DNA of 64,000 nt from Eledone cirrhosa (taxonomy: Eukaryota): positions 57,350,001-57,414,000 of the forward strand of contig OZ024746.1 in NCBI GenBank assembly GCA_964016885.1, read 5' to 3'. Both the position numbers and the translations under genes were made by a program. Under the pieces are notes generated by a model. The model was not told the origin of the DNA. It did no database searches and saw only the letters and a program-made list of their open reading frames with translations. Shown here in pieces: positions 53,129-64,000 of this stretch (the stretch's first letter is position 1; each line of letters starts with the position of its first letter).

Positions 53129-54210
53129 CCCTGCAGGACAAAAAACAAAACCTGACAAAGGGAGGAACAACTCATAAGAGTAAACGACCATCCCAAAATG
53201 TGTAAATATGTATATACACATGTACATATGTATGTATATGTGTATATATACATGGGTGCATGTGTATGTATAGGCGCTGGGACATAGACATAGTCGGGCT
53301 GGACACCCGATCGCGCGTTTAAACCCTGGGAGTCAAGGACACTTAGCCTTTGTCAGGGCATTCTTCTAGTAGGAGGCAACTCAGGAAACTGGGCTAACTC
53401 CGACATAAAAGCTGCGGCTCAGTAGTTACCGATAATGTTGATCTTTTCTTCTTTTGGGGTTATAGCTACTGTCGCTCAGGAAGTGTGATTGGCTCAGATG
53501 CAGTCTTTTCTCACTTTAAAAAAATATCTTCACGTACAGGCATTGAAAGATAGAATTAATTAATAATTATTAATAATGGTATATCGTGCAATGGCTATAC
53601 TCGATAACGAGGAGACAGCCATCATGTATGTATGTATGTAAGTATGTTTGATGTGACCTCGTTTGTGTTTACTTGGTGAGGAGGGTGATTTTGGACACCC
53701 TGCAGGACAAACAACAAAACCTGACAAAGGGTGGAACAACTCATAAGAGTCAACGAACATCCAAAAGTGTGTAAATATATATATACACATGTACATATGT
53801 ATGTATATGTGTATATATATACATGGGTGCATGTGTATGTATATGCACGGGGACATATAAATAGTCGGGCTGGACGCCCGATCGCGCGGTTAAACCCTGG
53901 GAGGGAAGGACCCCTAGCATTTGTCAGTGCATTCTTCTAGGAGAAGGAAACTCAGGAAACTGGGATAACTCCGATATAAAACCTGCGGCTCAGTAGTTAC
54001 CGATACTGTTGATCTTTTCTTCTTTCCGGGTTATAGCTACTATCGCTCAGAGAGTAGGATTGGCTCAGTACATAGTCTTTCCTCACTTTAAAAAATATTT
54101 TCACGCACAGGCATTGCACGATAGAATTAATTAATAATTATTAATAATGGTATATCGTGCAATGGCCATACTCGATAACGAGGGGGCAGCCATCATGTAT
54201 GTATGTATGT
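53129..54210 (+). repeat. 569-bp-period tandem duplication containing an RTE-like 5' UTR segment
   Basis: 53129-53640 matches 53698-54210; ctaggagaaggaaactc motif resembles RTE 5' UTRs. Confidence 0.8.
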
Positions 54211-55516
54211 TTGTAAGCATTTTTGTGTATGTCTATATTTCTATCCATGTTCGGATTTGAAATACCACAAACGTTTTTGTTCTATGCTATGTGATAGTGT
54301 AGTACGGCACACATTCTGCAGGTCAGATGCAATGATTTGTATTCAACTGTCTTTAGAGTAAATGATTCAATGCAGCAATTTTAATTATGGTTTCCAGAAA
54401 TACTTTTTCATTCCATTCCAACAGAACGCAAACACGACATTTCACATGTGAAAAAAGATTGCGCAACTGCAATATTCATAGCATTGTACTTTGTACATTT
54501 AATACATTAAGTGGTTGGTTGCATGTCGTTGCTGTCGCTAGAAGTAGGGAATAATTTTACACTGAAACACACACAGATGCGCAAGCAGTAAAGCTAGCAC
54601 ACATGCGCGCACCCTTTAACAAATGTATCATAATAATAGTGATTTCTTGCAAAGGCAAATTAAAACTATTGCTCACAATAATGGCTTATGATTTAGGTAC
54701 ACTATCATGATTTTGAAAACAAGTGAATGTCGATAAAATCAAAGCAGTACTTGGGTGGTACTGTATTTTACTGACTTTGTAAGTATGAGGGGTGATTGGG
54801 TGTCGTTGTTATTTGAAATTAGAACTTAATGAACTTGAAAACTATCGCGACGAAGTATTTTTCGAACAACTTTGTCATTCTTCCTTATTTTGGGACTTGG
54901 TTATTAGTTCATATATCTTTAACATAATATGAATTTACAAAAGTAAATCATTGAAGAGAAGGGATGTGTTATCAGGTGTAGGTTGTTTGAACAATGTGTT
55001 AAATAGTTCGCAGTAGCTTTAGCGCAATATTATTCAGAACAGAGGCGTAGGTTTTCACCAAGTATGTATGTATATTATACATAAACATGTCCGTATAAGG
55101 TACATATTTACCGTTAGGTTGACTATGCGATAGATGGCAGTCACACTTCCACACATTCGAACGTTATTTATCTATGAAGTTATAATATTTCACTATATTG
55201 TTAGTAGGTTGATTAATTAAATCTAAGGTTCCTACCTATTCTAAGGGAGATATTCATATTGAATTGCTTTGGTTTCGTAATTGCGGAAAAACGGAAATCA
55301 GGTGAGAGTCATATTGGACCAAGTAGATTATGTTTCTATTGATCTTTTAACTGTTGATACGGTATCTCGGTGGCATATATATACTTGCAGAAATATCACT
55401 TGCCATTGGAGTCAATATTTGAACTCAGAATACACAGAGCTGGAACGTAGAGGGTAATATCCGATGCCTTAACAAGAATTTATTTGAAATGTGAATAAGT
55501 GATTCGCCTTATAAAT

Positions 55517-55734
55517 GATTTCTAGTATAGGTACAAGGCCAGAAATTAGGGAAGAGGGGGAAAGTCGATTAAATCGACCCTGGTACGTTACTGGTACTTT
55601 GTTTTATCGACTCCGTAAGGATGAAAGGCAAATTTAACCTCGGAGGGATTTGAAAAATCAGACCGTAAAGGAACCGCAACTCTATGCTGCAAAGCATGGT
55701 GTTCGCGTTTACTGATACTGCCAATCCACCGCCC
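55517..55734 (-). mobile_element. SINE family A, older variant
   Basis: Reverse complement of consensus with extra segment. Confidence 0.8.
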
Positions 55735-57515
55735 TTGATTTGCCTTATAAATAGCCTTTCTAATCTAAACCACGCCTAACATATCACACCTATTTAATGA
55801 ACACGAAATCTCTGTGAAAACACAATCGTCCGTGATTTCGCGAGTGCCTTTTCGTATGTAAATATATGGGTGGAACATTTTATAGGCGGACTATGAAGGG
55901 GTTTTGCTAGAGTTGTGAAATATCGTATTCATTGATTTCAACTTTTCTTATTAACTTTCCAGGAACTATGTTTTAAAAATGAATCGCATTTTGCCATTTC
56001 AGAAGAATGTCTTTGTCAGCGTATGATGTTTTCAACCTATGAACATTTCAACCGACTTAATTATATATGGAAATGTGGGCCAGTGTGAATGTGCGTGTAT
56101 GTATAGGAATATATGTGCAAGAGTGTTCGCTTGTGTGTTTGAGTAGGTGCGTTTGCCTGAATGTGTGCAGGCGCGTATTCGTTATTTTTCTTATGTCTAA
56201 AATTTGCTAGTACTCCGATGATGCCAAACGAAAGTTTGGAAGAAACGATTGTCAGCAATAACATGTTTTGAACATAGTTTTGATTATTCTGTAATTTATA
56301 TTCCGGCTCTGTAAAACATCTGATGTATTTACATTGAGCTATTTTTCTTACTGGTAATAAGGTGGTAAAGAATCACTGAACTTTCCCGTTTATAATTATA
56401 TATAGTGTATATATAAGTATAAATCATATTATTATTATTATTTTTCCTATATATTCTCATGGAGAATTCACATTGTATGGTCTATAATCAGAATTAATTT
56501 CTCATTCAAAGATGCCTATATCCTCCCCCTACATATCGTCACCTCAACATCAACTATTCCCCTATCCACATGTCCCACTTTCTCTGATATTGTTAATGTT
56601 TTCCAACATTTTGTATATCAATGACGTAAGCAGTAAATCTCTCTCAGATATGTTTATAACTATCCCAGTGTGTTCTTTTCCCCCCGCTCATGTATCTGCA
56701 CTTTCATAAACCTCTGCACTTTCACAAACCTCTGCACTTTCTTAAACCTCTGCGCTATCTATCTTCTAATACCGTGAAAGGAGGTTATTTCGTATTATAG
56801 CCATATGGTAGATGTCTTACAGCGCTCCATTCTCAGCTATTGCTACCTGTGTTCTTTTGGTCTCTACAATCACCTATCGAATCTCTGTCTACAGGCAGCA
56901 ATTGTTGTTTAAGTCTCTAGCAGAGCGTTTCTATGATTAATGACAGAGAATAATCCTGTGGTGTTGTCCTGCTATTTCAAAAACAGCCATCGCTATGATA
57001 GATTATACGACACCGATCTGCGGATTTCACCTCAAACTTAGCGTTGTGTTTCATGGAAATATCGCATTTTAAAAACTAATTACCGCCTCGTCACCTTATG
57101 CAATCCATTTCCACAAAACGTCTTAAATGGAACGAGGGAGCTTAAGACATTCTGATCATTGCGATATTTATTTCCTGTACATAAAAGAATGGAAACTAAC
57201 GAATATTTAGTGGAGTGGATGCTTGCTAATCTAAGCAGCAAGACATTATTAGGGGTGATCTCCTCTAAGCAAGTGAACGTATACTAACACGACCCCACCA
57301 TTTTCAATTACTATATCGCTCTCTTAGTTTCCATTTTCTATTATATATTTTATCTTCTTCGTAAATTCTTTTTTTCTTTTTTCCTCAACCAGCACATATA
57401 TATCCAAACTATATATTGTTAAATCAAGCAGTAATTCTGGTGTAAATAAATAAATGATAGTTCAACAGAAACCAGGCATTTCCTCGACTGAAAGATTAAA
57501 CGGATACACACACAG

Positions 57516-57597
<82 letters not shown>

Positions 57598-57601
57598 GTG
57601 T

Positions 57602-57657
<56 letters not shown>

Positions 57658-57668
57658 ATATATATATA

Positions 57669-58002
57669 GAGTTACGGCCCTTGCCATTCTGATTCGAATC
57701 CCGCCGAGGTTAACTTTGCCTTTCATCCTTACGGGGTCGATAAAATAAAGTACCAGTAATGCACTTGTAATTGTTGGCCTTGTGCCAAAAAGTAGAAACA
57801 ATTATAAAAGAAAATCACACGTAATAATTGTTTCTACTTTAGGCACAAGGCCAGCAATTACCCAGTACATTACTGGTACTTTATTTTATCGACCCCGTAA
57901 GGATGAAAGGCAAAGTCAACCTCGGCGGGATTTGAACTCAGTTCGTAAAAGGACGTAACTATGCTGGAAAGCATGGCGTCCGACCCTCTACCGATACTGG
58001 CA
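57669..58002. mobile_element. Tail-to-tail pair of SINE family A copies
   Basis: 57669-57804 (+) and 57824-58002 (-), about 20-nt spacer. Confidence 0.9.
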
Positions 58003-58162
58003 TTGTACAGATATCAACACATAGGCATACACAATATGGAAAACAGTGATATTCACTTGCATAGGCATACATACACATCCACTCATATGCACATACACAC
58101 ACAAACACACACAAAATGCACACACATAACTATATATATGTGGGTGCGTGTGGGTTTTTGTA

Positions 58163-58197
<35 letters not shown>

Positions 58198-58199
<2 letters not shown>

Positions 58200-58538
58200 T
58201 GTCGGTTGTTACAAACAGCCATGACCGGCGCGGACCGGTGTTTGGATTATGTCGATCGATTGGTTATTGATTAGGCGATACCCGCTGATGAAGCAGCATA
58301 AGCCGATTGTGCATTGTTACATAATATATGCAGACAGATGGTGCAGTGCATCTTACTGCTGCATTAGTGCTGTAGAGACTCGAGTCCGGGAACCATATAG
58401 GCACTCGATTTACCTGTGTTGTGTTGAGGCAAATAAATATGTGTATACTCTGGTAATGTATCTTACATTGCCCATTGTGTACGCCGAGATACAACCGGTA
58501 CTGGCATTGATAAATATGCTAGGTCCGTCAACCCTTCT
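58198..58538 (+). mobile_element. Solo copy of the 15415/16267 repeat in (TA)n; HHR with GAGA substitution (58281-58390)
   Basis: CCCG-CUGAUGA-aGCAGCA..UGCUGUa-GAGA-CUCGAG-UC-CGGG. Confidence 0.85.
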
Positions 58539-58598
58539 TATATATATATATATACGATATTAAATAAATGGAAACTATATTTATAAAACCATATTTAT

Positions 58599-58658
58599 TT
58601 CATTATATATATTTCAGGGATATCATATTAAAAATATGGTATGCCTTCTTCAGACAAA
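58599..58658 (-). ncRNA. Hammerhead motif in solo arm of the 62683 family
   Basis: UUUGU-CUGAAGA-long stem II (agg..cauauu/aauaug..ccu)-GAAA-UAUAUA-UA-AUGAA. Confidence 0.65.
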
Positions 58659-58736
58659 ATGCAATATAAACAGTCTTATAAATAGATAGATTTGACATAC
58701 CTTTCAACTTCAACTTCCATTTAAAAAGTTGATATA

Positions 58737-58775
<39 letters not shown>

Positions 58776-59382
58776 TATATAGATATATATATAATTGGTG
58801 TTGGATGCTTAAAGAGTCTGGATGCGGTAGGCCGTATGAGCACTCGATGCTCTCATAGAGCAGAGTATGAAACGTTATGCTAAATATTTTTGTAATATTT
58901 TTCTATTTGATTTTAAAATTCCCTCCAAGCATTACATACGGTGATCGTCGCATATAATACAGCTGCGGGTGAGAAGACATCGGTGTAGAAGTGGGTACCT
59001 AAAGACAGTGAAGACGTCGAAGTGCCGCCAACAGTTCAAACATACAGACCCTTACCTACTACAGTAGTAATTCCGACCTAAGAAACAAATTTGACTGACA
59101 GGTGGAGAAAGAAAAGAACCAAATAGTAGACAACCATGAGTGGCGAGAAATACCGATGACGTTTACAATTATTGACCACTCATAGAATGACAACAGGATC
59201 TAAGCCGACAAGCGAAGTATACCGATGTAAAAGGACATAGGAACATCTGCTTCGTAGAATCAAGACGTATCTGAGGACCTTGCGATTTTCAGATTCAGGT
59301 TCGATCATCAAATTGATCGTGCCTCGAGCTGGTCGCCAGAGAAACGATTCCATTCGTCGCAACTCTGATTCTTTTTTTTTCT

Positions 59383-59455
<73 letters not shown>

Positions 59456-59458
<3 letters not shown>

Positions 59459-59826
59459 AAATAATAGAGGTGTAACACACGAGTTGTGATATATTGGTAA
59501 AAGGAAAATACTGACAAATTGTTCCCAGTGAAAATGGTTTAATTAGGAATAAGTAAAATTTAGTAATATGTATTGGTTAGTATTCAGTTTTAGTTTTAAT
59601 GTTATACCGGTTGCGCATTTCCGTGATGTTTGCTCTAATCAGATTAGAACAAACATCACGGCCGCTCTATCTCAAAATTATTTTCGAAAAGCATTAGAAA
59701 TGCGCAACCGGTAAAAACTTAAATGTAAAGCTGAATACTAACCAATACTTATTACTAATTATTACTTATTTCTAATTAAACTATTTTTCACTGGGAACAA
59801 TTTGTCAGCATTTTCCTTTCCTTTTA

Positions 59827-59830
<4 letters not shown>
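59456..59830. mobile_element. Fold-back element in (TA)n, same family as 19231-19619
   Basis: Inverted arms around ctaatc-a-gattag; left arm has tail and an internal deletion. Confidence 0.85.
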
Positions 59831-59867
<37 letters not shown>

Positions 59868-59949
59868 GCACACACACACACTCAAACGCATGCAAACAAT
59901 TCATTTAGTTGTGTCAATGGCGAGAATAAACTAATAAAATTTTTCCTTT

Positions 59950-60700
59950 GTGTCTTAATCTAATAAGAATATTCTTCTATGACGTCCATATATTTATTGC
60001 GGAAGCATCGTTTGCCAAGTTACAGTTCTTGAGTTCTTGATTTCTTGAGTTCTTGTCAAACCCGTATAACATCGGTAGAGAGAAATATATGAATCTAAAT
60101 TAAGACCTCTTTATAAGAAGAGACATAAACTGAACAGCACATTGTACAGAATTATCCCATTGAGAAGTGTCGTAATCAAATGTTGCTACGGATGGTATGA
60201 GGCCGTTAATCGTGTGAGAATTTATTAAATACACCTCTATATTTTACGCCAAACACCATTTTTATTTACTCGCTTCATATTCCCTTTTTAGCTTTTACAT
60301 TTTTCTTCACGTTTTACATTTTTCTTCACGAAAGAGTTCCGCGCATGGTGATAATACTCTTTGAAACAGAGTATTTATTTTGTTTAATTAAATCTTCCTG
60401 GAACGGAAAACAATTTCCGACATTATAATGAATTCTCTGCACGAAAATGTCGTGAACCTTTAGTAGTGCCACGGGGTTTTTGTGCTGTACGTCAGACATT
60501 AACTCCACTAGCACTGTTCAGTCGACTACATTTAAACGAATTTCATGCCTTTTTACTTTATCAGTTCCAACTCTGGCTGTTTTTTTTTTCTGGAAATATT
60601 GTAGATTTGTCGCGAATTACGTTTGAACTTGTTTTTAGTTACAGGATCTCACGCTTTCGACTATTTTTATTGCTAAATCGTATCAGACATCAATAGAATA
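59950..60700 (-). mobile_element. Possible Tc1-like transposase remnant
   Basis: PRGTTK (cf. GRPRxTT), NVLFS and LNLDS (cf. VLFSDExxFNLD); heavily decayed; no TIRs found. Confidence 0.35.
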
Positions 60701-61065
60701 TAATTGGATAAATAACATGAAACGATTTGAGGTGTATAGAAGATAGCAAAAAAAGAAAGTAAATGTCAGAAACCCTTTCTATCAGACATTCTCTATTTGG
60801 TAATGACTCTCTCTCACCCTCTCTGTCTCTCCATGGCTTTCGCTCTCTCTCGCTCTCTCTTAATCTCTTTGGATAGTAAAAGACTAAACATATTTATAAC
60901 GAATAAAACCGTATTAAAATGTACATATATATATGTGTTGGTGTGTGTGTGTGTGTGTGCGTGTATATGGTGTATACACACACCCAAATACATATATATA
61001 TATATATATATACACACACATATATATATGCAGAGAAATATATTAGTCCATCTGTGTGTTTCCGT

Positions 61066-61157
<92 letters not shown>

Positions 61158-61468
61158 TATATGCACAGAAAAATATTCCATCTGTGTGTTTCTGTCAAAA
61201 CGATAAACGGATTTATTGAAACACACACTCAAAGAATGATATTAACACATATTTATGAGTTTATTTATATGTAATATACTTTTAAACATATACTTTATGT
61301 AAACATTGAAATCAAATATGCTTTTATAAAGACCAACAATTGTATTATATATCAAATTTACTATAAAACATGTAGTAAATATTGGTTTGAAATGCTTTCA
61401 AATATCAAAGTGTAAACAAAAAATCTACGATGAAAGATATATATATCTATATATATATACATATACAT

Positions 61469-61534
<66 letters not shown>

Positions 61535-61704
61535 GAAAGATATATATATATTTAATATTGTTTCTTTTGAAACTATTATATTTTATTTTCTTTTACCTCG
61601 ACGATCCATTACGTGTGATATAACGGTAATAGCAGCGAGTGAACTTGAGAGGAAAGCGCTCCGATTTAAAATGTATAACAGGTGAAAAAAAGGAATGGCG
61701 AATT

Positions 61705-61738
<34 letters not shown>

Positions 61739-61837
61739 TAAATAAATAAATATATAAATAAATAGATAAATATATATTTATATATATACATAGATAGATA
61801 AATAAATATATTTATATACAAATATCTATACATGCAT

Positions 61838-61883
<46 letters not shown>

Positions 61884-62202
61884 GTTAACAAAACAGGGGC
61901 GCGTTGTGCATTGATATTCTTAGAAAATGTAGAAAATATCAAACGCAAAAAATAGCTAATTTGTTAGTCGAATCGTCTAAACATTGCTTTGAAGGTGATG
62001 AATTAACTAATATCTAGACTCATGCGGCAGACAAAAGTAATTCAACTTAATGGTACAGGGAATACAGAGGAAGGACATGTGGTTATATGTAGCAGCTATC
62101 GCCCTCCTTTCAGCTTCTCTAAGGGATATTTTACCCGGTTTTCCAAGCTATTGTATCAGTGTTTATCAGTATCTTATGTGTTTGAAATTTTCTAAATTCC
62201 TT

Positions 62203-62332
<130 letters not shown>

Positions 62333-62360
62333 CTCGATATATATATATATATATATATAT

Positions 62361-62636
62361 AGTGGTGGAACACTGGAAGGTAATATCCGTAGTGGTAGAG
62401 CACTCAGTCCAAGAGACGAGTTAGTTAGAAGTGGTTACACAACAGTTAGTTCACCATACCGAGAACAATTGTTTCACCTTCGCGGATCTTCAGATCGGGA
62501 TGTGTATGGTTATAGGAACAGAAAGGACAACCAATGTTTTCCTTCCTGTTCCTATTACCCTACACATCCCGAGCTGAAGATCCGCGAAGGTGAAACAGTT
62601 GTTCTCGGTATGGTGAACTAACTGTTGTGTAACCAC

Positions 62637-62640
<4 letters not shown>
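62361..62640. mobile_element. Fold-back mini-PLE (3571 family) with two HHRs, no ORF
   Basis: HHR (-) 62459-62498 and (+) 62569-62608: CCGAG-CUGAAGA-uccgcgaaggu-GAAA-CAGUUG-UU-CUCGG; (TA)n flanks. Confidence 0.9.
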
Positions 62641-62682
<42 letters not shown>

Positions 62683-62689
<7 letters not shown>

Positions 62690-63103
62690 ATATTAACAAA
62701 TGGAAACTATATTTATAAAACCATATTTATTTCATTATACATATTTCAAGGGTCACCAAGTTAAACTATGGTGCGCTTTCATCAGATAAAATATAATGTA
62801 GGTTAGTTTTATAAATAAATATTGATATACCCTTAAAAAATGCAACCATTCTGGTTGGAATATCCAGGAGATTCCAACCTGAATGGTTCCATTTTTTAAG
62901 GGTATATCAATATTTATTTATAAAACTAACCTATATTATATTTTATCTGATGAAAGCGCACGATAGTTTACCTTGGTGGCCCTTGAAATATGTATAAATA
63001 AATAAAAATAGTTTCCATTTGTTAATATATTGTATATTTACAGGAATAGTTTGTTGAGTGCTTTATTTTGGTTGTTGTATCCCAACAAATTAAATATAAC
63101 CTC

Positions 63104-63106
<3 letters not shown>
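62683..63106. mobile_element. Fold-back mini-element with two HHRs, no ORF
   Basis: About 180-bp arms centred near 62865; HHR (-) 62731-62790 UUUAU-CUGAUGA-aagcgcacca..uggugacccuu-GAAA-UAUGUA-UA-AUGAA; HHR (+) 62942-63000. Confidence 0.88.
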
Positions 63107-63144
<38 letters not shown>

Positions 63145-63147
<3 letters not shown>

Positions 63148-63341
63148 ACGAAGGAAATGTGGTAAGGAACCAGGGGGACCATAACGCACCAAAGTACTCA
63201 ATACTTAGAGTAGTAGAGTGGGTAATAGGAACAAGTAGGACCCCGACGGCTGAGCTCAAGCCGTTTCGACGGCTAATTCCGGTCCAGAATTAGCCGTCGA
63301 AACGGCTTGAGCTCAGCCGTCGGGGTCCTAATCGTTCCTAT
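63145..63341. mobile_element. Palindromic mini-element, same family as 12270-12466
   Basis: Same tail, same apex, same end point; carries GAAA-CGGCU-ugagcuc-AGCCG-UC-GGGGUCC. Confidence 0.88.
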
Positions 63342-63344
63342 ATA

Positions 63345-63380
<36 letters not shown>

Positions 63381-63883
63381 GATTTAAACCGTAGATAATC
63401 CATTTCATTGAGTTAAATAAGTAAAAAAAATATGCATGGAAAGCTTTTTGTGTTTACACAATGTAATTCATAGAATTCATAGTTCAGAAGCTTCTACAGA
63501 ATTTGTGACACTCTCGTGCATCTTTAAAGCTTGCAATTTCTTAAAAGCACACATTATTAACATGAAAACTTAGACCAATGTGTTACGTCTTTTTTAAAGA
63601 GAATTATATATCCGAACACAAACAAATAGATATAAACATATGTATATATTTGTAAATCATCAATCGGTATTTAATACAATACCTGTATATTTTTTCAGCA
63701 TGTGTTAAAAGCGTTCTTTTTTTTTTTTTTCATATTTCAAAGAACGTAAGTGCAAGACAAAATGGAGATGGCAAAAGTCTTCTTAAATATGCAAACATGC
63801 GTATTTTCGTTTCAAAAACAGGTTCTTCTTAACAATGTTATTCTCCCACACCACGTCTCATATATATATAGATGATATGCCAA

Positions 63884-64000
63884 TAATTGTTAATACTTTT
63901 GGCACAAAGCCAGCAATTATCCCAGTACATTACTGGTACTTTATTTTTTAGACCCCGTAAGGATGAAAGTCCAAGTTAAGCTCGGCGGGATTTGAACTGA
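63884..64000 (-). mobile_element. SINE family A, runs off window end
   Basis: Reverse complement of consensus 3' part. Confidence 0.85.

Overview
AT-rich, microsatellite-saturated animal genomic DNA. The (TA)n/(CA)n load and the tRNA-derived SINE look like an octopod cephalopod, which is my inference from repeat content only. I see no intact host gene; almost all listed ORFs are microsatellite read-throughs. The window is dominated by Penelope-like retroelements (PLEs) from many distinct families, mostly inserted in (TA)n tracts. Many are short fold-back units made of two inverted pseudo-LTR arms, one carrying an extra 3' tail. By eye I find about 17 type I hammerhead ribozyme (HHR) motifs with both core boxes (some mutated) from at least 8 unrelated families, plus several half-motifs. 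Highlights: (i) a retrozyme-like non-coding unit with two HHR-bearing direct repeats 853 nt apart (15415-16730); (ii) a PLE-style fold-back carrying a complete tRNA-like cloverleaf and T6 terminator instead of a recognisable HHR (14663-15041); (iii) a 5-kb inverted PLE structure with RT-only and endonuclease-only arms and duplicated flanks (7567-12662); (iv) palindromes whose apex seems to be HHR stem II, with the CUGAUGA box missing. Also present: about 18 copies of one SINE, RTE, CRE, R4, Jockey, DIRS and Tc1 remnants, and two probable decayed class A GPCR pseudogenes. All calls come from manual reading; no search or folding program was run.
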